From assembly GCA_903847385.1 (NCBI GenBank), contig CAINDO010000561.1:10328-74327 (forward strand): a stretch of DNA of 64,000 bases, written 5' to 3'. Shown here piece after piece: positions 41,949-51,326 of the stretch. A model generated the notes under the pieces. It did no database searches, was not told where the DNA came from, and worked only from the letters and a program-made list of their open reading frames with translations. The stretch's first letter is position 1. Every line of letters starts with the position of its first letter. This DNA comes from an uncultured Myxococcales bacterium (GTDB lineage Bacteria > Myxococcota_A > Bradymonadia > UBA7976 > UBA1532). The translations under genes were made by a program, and so were the position numbers.

Positions 41949-43382
41949 CTACTCGGTCTTCGACTTCTGCGCGGCCTCGCGGGCCTGCCGCTTGCGCTCG
42001 ACCCACCCCTCGATGGTGCGCCGGGGCGCGCGCGTCATCGCCAGGGCGCCGTCGGGCACGTCCGCCGTGAGGGTCGTGCCGGCGCCCACGTAGGCGCCAT
42101 CGCCGACCCGCACGGGCGCGACGAGCTGCGTATCCGAACCGATGAACGCGCCCGCGCCGACGTGGGTCTGGAACTTGTTCACGCCGTCGTAGTTGCAGGT
42201 GATGGTGCCGGCGCCGATGTTGGCCTTGGCGCCGATCGTCGCGTCCCCCAGGTAGCTCAGGTGGTTGGCCTTGGCGCCCTCGCCCATCGTCGTCTTCTTG
42301 GTCTCGACGAAGTTGCCGACGCGGACCTTCGCGCCGAGGATCGTGCCTTCACGAAGTCGCGCGAAGGGGCCGATGTGCGCTGCGGCGCCGATCTGCGCCT
42401 TCTCCGAGAGCGTGTAGGCGTGCACGATCACGTCGTCGGCCACGGTCGTGTCCACGAGTCGGACGCCCTGCTCCAGCACGCAGTTCGCGCCGACGCGGGT
42501 CGCGCCGAGCAAGGCGACGTCCGGCTCGAGGACCGTGTCGGCGCCGATCTCGACGCCGTCGTGCAGGTAGCTGCGCGCGGGGTCGATGAAGCTCACGCCG
42601 GCCCGCATGTGGATGCGGCGGAGATGGGCCTGCATGCGCTGCTCGGCCTCGGCCAGCTCGACGCGGTCGTTCACGCCCAGGAGGTCCGCCGCGGCGTCGC
42701 CGACGAGCACGTGGGCCGACGCGCCCAGGCCCGCCTGGTGGGCGTGCTGGACGAGATCCGTGAGGTAGTACTCACCCTGCGCGTTGTTGCGGCCCAGGCG
42801 CCCGAGCGTGTCGAAGAGGAACGCCGAATTCACGGCGTAGATGCCCGCGTTGACCTCGCCGATCGCGCGTTGGGCCGGCGTGCAATCCTTGAACTCCACG
42901 ATGCGCGCCAGGGCGTCGCCCTCGCGCACCAGGCGCCCGTACTGCGCCGGATCCCGAGGCGCCATGCCGATGAGGCGCAAAGCGCCGGGCAGATCCGCCA
43001 GGGGGGCGAGGGCCTCGGCGCGGAGGTTCGGCACGTCCCCGGAGAGGATGTAGACGTCCCCCTCGAAGCCGGCGAGGTGCGGCACTGCACAGGAGACCGC
43101 GTGGGCCGTCCCCAGGGGCTCGGGCTGCTCGGCGAAGAACAGCGGCTCCCCCGCGAAGGCGCCCCGCAGGTAGGCCTCGACGCGCTCGCGCTGATGACCG
43201 AGCACGACGACCACCCGCTCGGCGCCGAGCTGCAGGCCGAGGCGGACCGAGTAGTGGATCATCGGACGGCCGGCGACCGGATGGAGAACCTTGATGAGCT
43301 GAGACTTCATCCGGGTGCCCAGGCCGGCGGCCATGATGACCACGGCCTTGCGGCGGCTCGTTCCGAGGGCACTCGTCCCCAT
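41949..43382 (-). CDS. glmU: bifunctional UDP-GlcNAc pyrophosphorylase / GlcN-1-P acetyltransferase
   Basis: 'AVVIMAAGLGTRMKS' NTP-transferase motif. C-terminal left-handed beta-helix hexapeptide repeats. ATG at 43382 preferred over the track's upstream alternate start. Confidence 0.9.
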   Translation of the reverse strand: MGTSALGTSRRKAVVIMAAGLGTRMKSQLIKVLHPVAGRPMIHYSVRLGLQLGAERVVVVLGHQRERVEAYLRGAFAGEPLFFAEQPEPLGTAHAVSCAVPHLAGFEGDVYILSGDVPNLRAEALAPLADLPGALRLIGMAPRDPAQYGRLVREGDALARIVEFKDCTPAQRAIGEVNAGIYAVNSAFLFDTLGRLGRNNAQGEYYLTDLVQHAHQAGLGASAHVLVGDAAADLLGVNDRVELAEAEQRMQAHLRRIHMRAGVSFIDPARSYLHDGVEIGADTVLEPDVALLGATRVGANCVLEQGVRLVDTTVADDVIVHAYTLSEKAQIGAAAHIGPFARLREGTILGAKVRVGNFVETKKTTMGEGAKANHLSYLGDATIGAKANIGAGTITCNYDGVNKFQTHVGAGAFIGSDTQLVAPVRVGDGAYVGAGTTLTADVPDGALAMTRAPRRTIEGWVERKRQAREAAQKSKTE

Positions 43383-43552
43383 GCGCACACTCCTCTTTGC
43401 TGATGGACGGGCCGGGCTCGTTGCGTCGAGAGACCCCGGCGGGAGTGCATCGGTATTCGGTTGAACCCGGCGTGTCAATCGGCAGCGAGGCGTCCGGCGG
43501 CGGACATCGGGTATCATCGGCGCTCCCCCCCTTGCGAACGGCGGAGCGACCG

Positions 43553-44491
43553 ATGGCCATGGAATTGAAGTCCGACAAGATCTGGCTCGACGGCGAGCTG
43601 GTCGACTACGAGCGCGCCCAGGTGCACGTGCTCACCCACACGCTGCACTACGGCTATGGCGTGTTCGAGGGCATCCGGGCCTACCGGCGGGCGGACGGCA
43701 GCAGCCACGTCTTCCGGCTCGCCGAACACATCGCGCGCCTCTTCGACAGCGCCCACATCCTCGCGCTCGACATCCCCTACACGCGCGACGCGCTCGTGGC
43801 GGCCTGCGTCGAGACGCTTCAGGCGAACCGCTACGCCGAGGGCTACATCCGGCCGCTCGTCTTCCTGGGGAGCGAGGCCCTCGGGCTCGGCGCGCTGAAC
43901 AACCGGGTGCGCGTCGCGATCGCCTCGTTCCATTGGGGCGCCTACCTCGGTGAGGACGGCCTGCGCAACGGCATCCGCGCCAAGGTCAGCTCCTTCAACC
44001 GGTCACACGTGAATGTGAACATGGTGAAGGGCAAGATTTGCGGACAGTATGTCAACAGCGTCATAGCGAAGCGCGAGGCCCTCAAGGCCGGCTACGACGA
44101 GGCGATCATGCTCGACACGCAGGGCTACGTGTCCGAGTGCACGGGCGAGAACCTGTTCATGGTCCGCCATGGAACGATCTACACCGCGCCTTACGGGAGC
44201 GCCATTCTGGGCGGCATCACGCGCGATACGGTGCTGACGCTCGCCCACGACCGGGGCGTGCCCGTGGTCGAGCGGCTCTTCACACGCGACGAACTGTACT
44301 GCGCGGACGAGATCTTCCTGTGCGGCACCGCGGCCGAGATCACGCCGGTGCGCGAGGTCGACGACCGCAAGATCGGATCCGGCAGCCCCGGCCCGATCGG
44401 CACCCTGATCTCAAAGACATTCTTCGACGTGGTGGCCGGCGGCAGCGAAATGCACCCGGAGTGGCGCCACGCCTACGTTTCCGCTCGCTGA
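43553..44491 (+). CDS. ilvE: branched-chain amino acid aminotransferase
   Basis: 'KIWLDGELVDYERAQVHVLTHTLHYGYGVFEGIRAY', 'GTAAEITPV' (class IV PLP-dependent). ATG at 43553. Confidence 0.9.
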   Translation: MAMELKSDKIWLDGELVDYERAQVHVLTHTLHYGYGVFEGIRAYRRADGSSHVFRLAEHIARLFDSAHILALDIPYTRDALVAACVETLQANRYAEGYIRPLVFLGSEALGLGALNNRVRVAIASFHWGAYLGEDGLRNGIRAKVSSFNRSHVNVNMVKGKICGQYVNSVIAKREALKAGYDEAIMLDTQGYVSECTGENLFMVRHGTIYTAPYGSAILGGITRDTVLTLAHDRGVPVVERLFTRDELYCADEIFLCGTAAEITPVREVDDRKIGSGSPGPIGTLISKTFFDVVAGGSEMHPEWRHAYVSAR

Positions 44492-44592
44492 GGCATCACG
44501 GCACGATTCTCGCATGTCGTTCCTCCTGAGTTTCTGCTGAACCCCGCCGACCGGCGACTACAGGAATCCAGGAATCAAAGGAGCGCATCGCG

Positions 44593-45345
44593 ATGGGAAC
44601 CGAGTTCATTCGTGCCCTGGAACACCACCGCGCCCAGGCCCAGTCGGGCCCGCCTGCGGTCACGCCGCCCGCCCGCCTGCTGATGTCGTGGATCCACCAC
44701 GACAACATGCTCGAGGGCGAGATGTTCACGCCGCAGGAGATTCAGCAGGCGCTCATCGGCGCCGACGACGATCTCGACCGGTACCTGCACCCCCTCATGG
44801 ATCGGATCCGGCGCTACGCCGAGACCATCATGACCGTGTGGTCGCACGCCGACGGCGGCGCCCGGGCCGTGAACCTGGACAACCTGAAGCTCATCAACCG
44901 GATGCTGAACCCGGACCCGACGGATCGCGGTGGTCTGTATCGGCAGACGTCCCCTGTGCATCGGGACTACTACCAGCGCATCTGCCCGCCGGACAAGGTC
45001 ACCTACCACCTGCGCAAGCTCTTCGAGCAGGTGGAGACCGAGTGCGACTCCGCCTGTGATCCCGTCGCGTTCGCCGCCGAGATCCATCACAAGCTGATGG
45101 GCATCTACCCGTTCCGGAAGCAGCCCGGCACGACGGCGCGGCTCTTCACCAACCTCCTGCTCATGTCCCGCGGTTACCCGCCGGCCATCATCCCGGGCAA
45201 CCTGCGCAGCGAGTACTACGAAGCGCTCTGTAGCAATGAACCGGCCGACCTCGCCCGGATCTTCCGCATCAGCGTGCAGGGTTTCATGCGCGACCAGGGC
45301 GGGCGTGTCCTTCGCCCCGTGTCGGTTCAGGTCGGCCTGACCTGA
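44593..45345 (+). CDS. Fic/DOC (Fido)-family protein with non-canonical active-site motif
   Basis: Fido-fold helices. Motif region 'IHHKLMGIYPFRKQPGTTARLFTNLL' aligns to HPFx[DE]GNGRxxR but reads YPFRKQPGTTAR. Confidence 0.7.
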   Translation: MGTEFIRALEHHRAQAQSGPPAVTPPARLLMSWIHHDNMLEGEMFTPQEIQQALIGADDDLDRYLHPLMDRIRRYAETIMTVWSHADGGARAVNLDNLKLINRMLNPDPTDRGGLYRQTSPVHRDYYQRICPPDKVTYHLRKLFEQVETECDSACDPVAFAAEIHHKLMGIYPFRKQPGTTARLFTNLLLMSRGYPPAIIPGNLRSEYYEALCSNEPADLARIFRISVQGFMRDQGGRVLRPVSVQVGLT

Positions 45346-45359
45346 CTTCGCCCGAGCGG

Positions 45360-45899
45360 TCAGTTCGTCCAGATCGCGTCGACGAGCGTTCGCCCGTTCG
45401 AGAGGCAGGTCTCGGGGCCGAGCAACCGGTCCACCACGACGGGGTCGAGCGCCTCGCCCTTCTCGCGGCCGATGCGGATGCGCGCCACCGGGTTCGCGCT
45501 GCGCGACTGCACGTAACCCTGCTGCGCGTCGACGGCGAGGCGCGTCTCGAGCGAATAGAACACGAGCGAAACGGACTGGACGTCCGGGAGCGCCCGGAAG
45601 AGCGCGCCGATTCCATCCGCCCCCGCCAGGCGGCCCACGAGCAGCCAGCGGATCCCCTGGCACACGGCCGCATCGCGCCGTGCCGGGGGCAGCGTGCGCA
45701 GGAATCGGATCTCCAGCTCACCGTGGTCGTCGAGCGACAGACCCTCGCCGCTCTCCCGCCGCTCCGGCAGCGTGAGGAAGATGTGCAGGTGTTTGCGGAC
45801 CGCGGCCTCCAGCGCCGCGGGCTCGGGCGCGCCCGACGCCGGGCCCGCCGCCATCAGCCCGACGAGCGCGAGCGCCCGCCCCGCGGCGCGCTTTCGCAT
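45360..45899 (-). CDS. hypothetical secreted protein
   Basis: Real-looking 3' part of a junk 458-aa track ORF. Starts 'MRKRAAGRALALVGLMAAGPASGAPE' (signal peptide) at 45899. Confidence 0.5.
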   Translation of the reverse strand: MRKRAAGRALALVGLMAAGPASGAPEPAALEAAVRKHLHIFLTLPERRESGEGLSLDDHGELEIRFLRTLPPARRDAAVCQGIRWLLVGRLAGADGIGALFRALPDVQSVSLVFYSLETRLAVDAQQGYVQSRSANPVARIRIGREKGEALDPVVVDRLLGPETCLSNGRTLVDAIWTN

Positions 45900-45926
45900 C
45901 CGGACCGCATGGGCTAGGCTCGCCGC

Positions 45927-46742
45927 ATGCGCGAGCGCGATGGAGACAGGGTTTCGACGGGCCGGGTCCGGCATGGCACGCTCCGCCGGGTCGGGCTCGC
46001 CGGCTGTCTCGCATTGTGCCCGGGCGCGGTCTTCGCGGAAAGCGGCACGGAGACGGGCGTCACGCTGATCGCCGGGGCCGGGGTGTCGCACGCGTCGCTG
46101 GCGTTCACCGCCCCGAACGCGCTGGTCTCGACGCGCATCGACGCGCTGCCCGTCCTGCGGCTGGGCGTCGAGGCCTGGCCGGAGCGCGCGCTCGGTCTCC
46201 ACGCGGAGCTGGACCTCGGGACGGGCGCACAGCTCGGCGTGCCGGGCACGAACGCCCGCCTGGCCTACAACGCGCACCAGCTCCGCGCGGGTGGCTGGTA
46301 CCGGTGGCAGCCGGCGCCCGGCGGCGACGGCTGGGACGTTCGTCTCGGCCTGGGCCTCCAGGCGGTGTCGCAGCATGTGCAGGCGCAGAATCCAGCGCTC
46401 CTGGTCGAGAGTCAGGTGGCCGGGCCGGCGCTCGAGTCGCGCGTGGACAAGTTCTTCCTCTCCCGCCGCCTCCACCTCGGGCTCGGCGTCGGCGCCGCGC
46501 TGCCGTTCTTCGTCCGCGAGACGCCGCGCGACTCCGGTGACGCCGGCCGTTTCTACGCCTGGGGCGTCGGATTCGACGCCGGGTTCGCCCTCGGGCCCGC
46601 GCTCGCCCTCGCCCTGGACGTCCGGCACATCGACCAGACAGTGGTCTTCCGCGGCGAGGGCACGCGCGCGACGGGGACGAGCCGCGGCCGCACGCACGAC
46701 GCCTTCACGACCGGCGTGCTCTCGACCCGCTGGCACCTGTAG
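45927..46742 (+). CDS. hypothetical secreted protein, possibly outer-membrane beta-barrel
   Basis: Signal-peptide-like 'LRRVGLAGCLALCPGAVFA' and alternating hydrophobic/polar beta-strand pattern. Start uncertain. Confidence 0.45.
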   Translation: MRERDGDRVSTGRVRHGTLRRVGLAGCLALCPGAVFAESGTETGVTLIAGAGVSHASLAFTAPNALVSTRIDALPVLRLGVEAWPERALGLHAELDLGTGAQLGVPGTNARLAYNAHQLRAGGWYRWQPAPGGDGWDVRLGLGLQAVSQHVQAQNPALLVESQVAGPALESRVDKFFLSRRLHLGLGVGAALPFFVRETPRDSGDAGRFYAWGVGFDAGFALGPALALALDVRHIDQTVVFRGEGTRATGTSRGRTHDAFTTGVLSTRWHL

Positions 46743-46745
46743 CGC

Positions 46746-47276
46746 TCAGCGACGGAAGCAGCAGACGTCCAGCACGGTAGGGTCGTCGCACGCCGAATCG
46801 CCGGGCGTCTCGACGTCGCAGTCGATGTCCTGCGGGCGCGGATCCTCGGCGGCGTCCCAGGAGATCCAGGCCAGAAGCTTCCGGTACGCGCAGCTCTCCC
46901 TGGACTTCCAGCACACGGTGACGTGCGTCGCCCCGGGCGCCACGCTCTTCGGCAAGAGGTCGGCGATCAGCGGGCTCCCTTCGGCGACGTTCAGGTCGAG
47001 CTTCGCCTTCGTCGCGAGGTAGTTGTCGTCCAGCGCGGCGGCGCCCGGAGACACGACGAGCTTCAGGTCGCCCTGGGGGCCGCTGTGGCAGAGCGTGCCC
47101 GCGCTGCACCCAAGCCGCTCGAAGATCGGCTGAATCTCGGCGGCGAAGTCGTCTTTCCGCGGGCGCACGACGAGATGGGCGCGTTCAATCTCGCCGCAGG
47201 CGGTGACTGCGCCCACGAGCGTCAGCCAGGTTGTGAGATGGCGCGCCCGGGCTGCGCCCGCGGACCCGCGGCTCAC
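46746..47276 (-). CDS. hypothetical lipoprotein, Cys-rich
   Basis: Lipobox 'LVGAVTAC'. 9 further Cys. 4-bp overlap with the upstream gene. Confidence 0.5.
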   Translation of the reverse strand: MSRGSAGAARARHLTTWLTLVGAVTACGEIERAHLVVRPRKDDFAAEIQPIFERLGCSAGTLCHSGPQGDLKLVVSPGAAALDDNYLATKAKLDLNVAEGSPLIADLLPKSVAPGATHVTVCWKSRESCAYRKLLAWISWDAAEDPRPQDIDCDVETPGDSACDDPTVLDVCCFRR

Positions 47277-48316
47277 GCCACTTCGCGCGGGGCCACCTGG
47301 TTGAGCACCACGCCCAGGACCCGCTCCCGCCCCAGGCGGCCGACCGCCTTGTTCATCTCCGCGACGGAGGTCGACTCGGCGCGGAAGACCATGAACATGC
47401 CGTCGACCTTCTGCTTGATCACCAGCGCGTCGTCCTGCCCGAGGACCGCAGGGGCGTCCATGATGACCAGGTCGAACGCCTCATACAGCCGGTTCAGGAA
47501 GACGTCGAACTGGGGCGAGTTCAGGATCGTCATGCTCGAGTCGTACTGACCGCCGGTGTGGAGCAGGTACAGGTTGCGACCCTCGACCTTCTTCAGCGCG
47601 GCGTCCAGGCTGGCCCGCCCGCTGAGCACGTGCAGGAGCCCCGGATCACCATCCGGCACGCGCATGAGCCGGCCGAGGTCGGGCTTGCGGAAGTTCAGAT
47701 CGAGCAGCGCGATCTTCAGCCAGGGGTTCTCGCTCATCACGATGGCGAGGTTGAGCGCGGTCGTCGTGCGACCCTCGCCCGCGCGGGTGCTGGTGATGGC
47801 GATGGAACGGTAGCGAAGCTGGTCGATGATGCCCTCGACCTTGATCTTCAAGAGCCGGAACTGGCTGACGGCGGCGTGGGTCGGCGCCGTGAACGCCAGC
47901 ACGCCGGGCGCGAAGGCGGCGACGGGGAGTTCGGCCGTCAGGTCGTCGGGCGCGGGCACCTGCAGACCCGTGCGCGACGTGCGGCCGAGCAGCAGCGCCC
48001 GCCCACCGTCGACCTGGGTCGCCGCGCCGTCGACCACACCATCGAAGCCGCGCTCGGCGCTGGCCGAAGGCGCGCTCGTCGCGATGGCGTAGTTGCTGCC
48101 GCTCGGGCGCGCCGGAGCCTGATCCACGGCGGCGCTGATGTCGAAGAGCTCGATGACCTCTTCGCTGTCCGCGACCATCGCCTCCATGCTGTCGTAGATG
48201 AGATCGCGCTCTTCCGCACCGGCCTCGATGGTCCGGGCGTCGTCCGTGACCTCGTGGCCATCCAGCGTGAAGATGGAGGGCTTGCCGAGCGGCCCGCGTC
48301 GGTCGTCTTGGGACAT
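47273..48316 (-). CDS. BY-kinase/CpsD-like P-loop ATPase domain protein with degenerate Walker A (GEGRTT) and no C-terminal Tyr cluster
   Basis: Acidic, disordered N-terminal ~130 aa. Then 'ITSTRAGEGRTTTALNLAIV' (Lys->Arg in the P-loop), 'LLDLNFRKP', 'LVIMDAPAV'. C-terminus '...LNQVAPREVA' has no tyrosines. Confidence 0.7.
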   Translation of the reverse strand: MSQDDRRGPLGKPSIFTLDGHEVTDDARTIEAGAEERDLIYDSMEAMVADSEEVIELFDISAAVDQAPARPSGSNYAIATSAPSASAERGFDGVVDGAATQVDGGRALLLGRTSRTGLQVPAPDDLTAELPVAAFAPGVLAFTAPTHAAVSQFRLLKIKVEGIIDQLRYRSIAITSTRAGEGRTTTALNLAIVMSENPWLKIALLDLNFRKPDLGRLMRVPDGDPGLLHVLSGRASLDAALKKVEGRNLYLLHTGGQYDSSMTILNSPQFDVFLNRLYEAFDLVIMDAPAVLGQDDALVIKQKVDGMFMVFRAESTSVAEMNKAVGRLGRERVLGVVLNQVAPREVA

Positions 48317-48397
48317 GGGGAGCGGTTTCTACTCCGACACCGGGATTCCGGTCACGAGACTAGGTCAACGGGGGGTCGACCACAAGGCACTTCGGGT

Positions 48398-49525
48398 TTA
48401 CCCCCGGGCCGCCCAGGCGCCCATCAGGGACGCGCGGCACTCGGCGAGATCGCTGGGGCTCTTGATGGGCACGAACCTTGTTTCGGCGCCGACCCGCGGA
48501 ACCCTGAGCCAACACGTCGATTCGAAGGCCGTGAGCTCCCCGACGAGCCGCTCGAACTGCACCACGGGCCGCCCCTCGACCTCCTTGCGGACGACGAACC
48601 AGGTCAGCGCGTGCGCACGCGTCAGGGCCTCGGTCTGGAACCAGAGCGTGTTGGTGTTGAAGACCGGGATCGACGCCTGGTCGAAGTCGGCGGGAAACCG
48701 GAACGACTCGACGATCTGGAGCCGCCCGCCCACCCGTGCGGGCGCGCCACCGGCGTCACCGACCCACTTGTCCACCAACTCCACGGAGATGTTCTGCCCC
48801 GACGCCAGGTGCCGGCCGAGGAGCGTGGGATCGAGCGTCGCGACGACGTTGTCGACGTTGCTCATCAGCAGCGTTCGCCCGCCGGTGGCCTCGAAGCGTC
48901 CGAGCAGGCCGCTCGCGCGCAGGCATGGCCCCAAGTCTCCGTGGCCCGGACCGTAGAACGAAGGTTCGCCGTCCGCCTCGATGAAGACGTCACCCGCGGC
49001 GTCGAGCCGGGCGGTCCACTGCTGCTCGAAGGACCAGACGCGCTCCCTCGGATAGCCGAAGAAGTCGTTCTCCTCGAGATGGGCCTGCGTCGCCGCCTGG
49101 GTGGCGCGGCTGTTCATCAGGATCACGATGGGCGGCGGTGCGCCGTGCGCCCGGGCAACCCGCGCGGCGTCCAACAACTTGAGCGCGAGGAAGGAGTGAG
49201 CGCCGTCGACGGGCACGACGCCCTTGACCACCCCGCCGAACCGCGTCGCCATGCCGCCGTTGAGGACGACGAGGCCGACGTGTCCGGCGCGCAGCGAGGC
49301 CTCGCCCAGCGCCCGCGCTTCGGTGGCGGCCGGCAGGTCGGCACGGGACGCATCGATGATGTCCCCCGGCGTGGGCGGCAGGACCTCGCCCGTGACGCGG
49401 TTGCGCTCGCCGCCGAGTTCACCGGCGAGCCACGCGGCCCGGAGGCCGGCCAGCGTCGAGGCCCCGGGCGGGTGAGCGTCCAGTCGAGCGCGGAGCGCGG
49501 GGTCATCGGGCCAGGGGGCGGTCAT
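48398..49525 (-). CDS. UDP-sugar pyrophosphorylase family protein (UDPGP/UGPase-UAP-type nucleotidyltransferase)
   Basis: ATG at 49525 with AGGAGA SD; 'GLVVLNGGMATRFGG' pyrophosphorylase glycine-rich motif. The track's 5' Arg-rich extension is rejected. ATGA overlap with the rlmE stop. Confidence 0.75.
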   Translation of the reverse strand: MTAPWPDDPALRARLDAHPPGASTLAGLRAAWLAGELGGERNRVTGEVLPPTPGDIIDASRADLPAATEARALGEASLRAGHVGLVVLNGGMATRFGGVVKGVVPVDGAHSFLALKLLDAARVARAHGAPPPIVILMNSRATQAATQAHLEENDFFGYPRERVWSFEQQWTARLDAAGDVFIEADGEPSFYGPGHGDLGPCLRASGLLGRFEATGGRTLLMSNVDNVVATLDPTLLGRHLASGQNISVELVDKWVGDAGGAPARVGGRLQIVESFRFPADFDQASIPVFNTNTLWFQTEALTRAHALTWFVVRKEVEGRPVVQFERLVGELTAFESTCWLRVPRVGAETRFVPIKSPSDLAECRASLMGAWAARG

Positions 49526-50181
49526 CCGTTCTCTCCTGTATCGGACGTGGGCTCCGGGGCGCTCGGCTCTCCGGCGACGACGGGCGCCCCGGTGAAGCCG
49601 ATGCCCACGAAGAAGACCTCGACGCTCTCGGTGCGCGTGCCCTTCGGCTTGAGGCGCCGGAACTCGCTGAACCGCTCGCGGAAGGCGGCGGCGAGCACGG
49701 GGATGTCCTCGCCCTCGAAGGCCTTGCACACCACGGTGCCTCCCCGGCGCAGGGAGCGGTCGGCGACCGCGAGCACCCTGTGGCAGAGCTCCATCGAGCG
49801 GACGTGATCCGTGAATCGATTGCCGATGGTCGAGGGCGCCATGTCCGACACGACCACGTCGAACAGCTGGCCCGCCTCGAGGAGCGCCTCGACGGGGGTC
49901 TCGAAGGCGTCCGCCTGGAGCGTCCGGACGTGCGGCGGCAGCGGCACCTTGACCGGCTTGAGATCCAGCCCGACGACCCGGCCGTTCGGTCCGACCACCT
50001 TGCCGATGTACTGCAGCCAGGACCCCGGAGCGCACCCCAGGTCGAGCACCTTCTGGCCCGAGCGCAGAATCCGGTGCTTCTGGTCGATCTCCTCGAGCTT
50101 GTAAATGCTGCGCGCGGCGAACCCGTCCTTCTTCGCCTTGTGGAAGAAGTGGTCCTGTCGATGGTCGGTTCGGTTCTTCAC
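49522..50181 (-). CDS. rlmE: 23S rRNA (uridine-2'-O)-methyltransferase RlmE (FtsJ)
   Basis: 'VKNRTDHRQDHFFHKAKKDGFAARSIYKLEEIDQKHRILRSGQKVLDLGCAPGSWLQY' aligns with the E. coli RlmE N-terminus from the GTG at 50181. 'DVVVSDMAP' K-D-K-E family motifs. The track's longer N-terminus (to 50622) is Arg-rich and overlaps the upstream gene. Confidence 0.8.
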   Translation of the reverse strand: MKNRTDHRQDHFFHKAKKDGFAARSIYKLEEIDQKHRILRSGQKVLDLGCAPGSWLQYIGKVVGPNGRVVGLDLKPVKVPLPPHVRTLQADAFETPVEALLEAGQLFDVVVSDMAPSTIGNRFTDHVRSMELCHRVLAVADRSLRRGGTVVCKAFEGEDIPVLAAAFRERFSEFRRLKPKGTRTESVEVFFVGIGFTGAPVVAGEPSAPEPTSDTGENG

Positions 50182-50438
50182 GGGCGAACCCTGCCGCAGC
50201 GGTTCGCGCCGCGCAAGGGCCAGCAGGCGGGCCCGCCGCGCGGCCACGCTCGCGGCGCGCCGTGCGGCCGAGCGCACGACCGGCCCGTGGAGGTCGGTCA
50301 GCGCGTCCCCGGGCATCAGCTCCACCGGGAGTTCGGCCCGGGCGACATCGGCGACCCGGCCGTCCTCACTCGTGAAGACGCCGACGTCGCCCTCCCAACG
50401 GTCGAGCACCCAAAGGAGCCAGAACGCCACCAGCGCGC

Positions 50439-51206
50439 TCACGACGGTCGCCCCGCGCCGCCCTCGTCGTCCACGCCGGCCACGGGCCATGCCCGGGTGC
50501 CACCGGCGATCACGACCCCGGCGAACGGCAGATCGACCAGGCGCGCGGCGGCCAGAATCCGCTCGGCGGCCTCGATCTCGCGTTTCTGCGGCGCGCCGCC
50601 GGGCCGGACGCCGACCAACCACCAGGCACCTTCACCGGGGACCGCGAGCAGGCGGGCCAGCACGGCCCCCGCCCGGGTGTCGCTGCCCAGCGCGGAGCCC
50701 AGGGCGAGCGTCACCGGGCTCTCGGGCCGCTCCAGCCGGAACGCCAGCAGCGCGCGCTCTCCGATGGCCACCTGACCGCGCATCGCCTCGGCCACCTGAC
50801 GCCAGAGCGGCTGCGGCGCCTCGGTCGGCGTCGACGTGGGTGGCGGCGGCGTCTCGGCCGTCGCCCCGGTCGCCGCCCTCTGCCCCCCGCCCCGCCGTCC
50901 GAGCTCGAAGGCCGCGGCGATGCGCGTGGCTTTGACCGGCCCGACGCCATCCAGCCCCACCAACGCGGGCAGGTCGGCCCGGGCCAGGTGGGCCAGTCCA
51001 CCGTTCTCCCGCAAGAGCCGCTGGGCCAGCCCCAGGGCGTCCTCCCCGCTCCCGCGCCCGGTGCCCAGCACGACGGCCAGCAGCTCGGCGTCCTGCACGG
51101 CCGCGGTCCCCAGCGTCAACATGCGCTCCCGCGGTCGCTCGGACACGGGCATCTCCATCAGTCTCATCGTGACCTCCATCGTCGGTTGTGCGACGGAGAA
51201 CTTCAC
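50439..51206 (-). CDS. RadC-like (UPF0758) protein with HhH N-domain and degenerate JAB/MPN domain
   Basis: 'MPVSERPRERMLTLGTAAVQDAELLAVVLGTGRGSGEDALGLAQRLL...LVGLDGVGPVKATRIAAAFELGRR' RadC N-terminal domain. C-terminal region aligns to the JAMM core but 'HNHPSG' is replaced by 'GVRPGG'. Start codon uncertain (several Met near the N-terminus). Confidence 0.65.
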   Translation of the reverse strand: MKFSVAQPTMEVTMRLMEMPVSERPRERMLTLGTAAVQDAELLAVVLGTGRGSGEDALGLAQRLLRENGGLAHLARADLPALVGLDGVGPVKATRIAAAFELGRRGGGQRAATGATAETPPPPTSTPTEAPQPLWRQVAEAMRGQVAIGERALLAFRLERPESPVTLALGSALGSDTRAGAVLARLLAVPGEGAWWLVGVRPGGAPQKREIEAAERILAAARLVDLPFAGVVIAGGTRAWPVAGVDDEGGAGRPS

Positions 51207-51326
51207 GACTCATGCCGCGGAGATTCATCAACAGATTCGAGCACTTGGCTCGGCGAACCGGTGCGCGGGCGTCCAGAATCGCACCAACGGGTGTCCAGAT
51301 TCGCACCACCGCGCACCAGCACCCGG

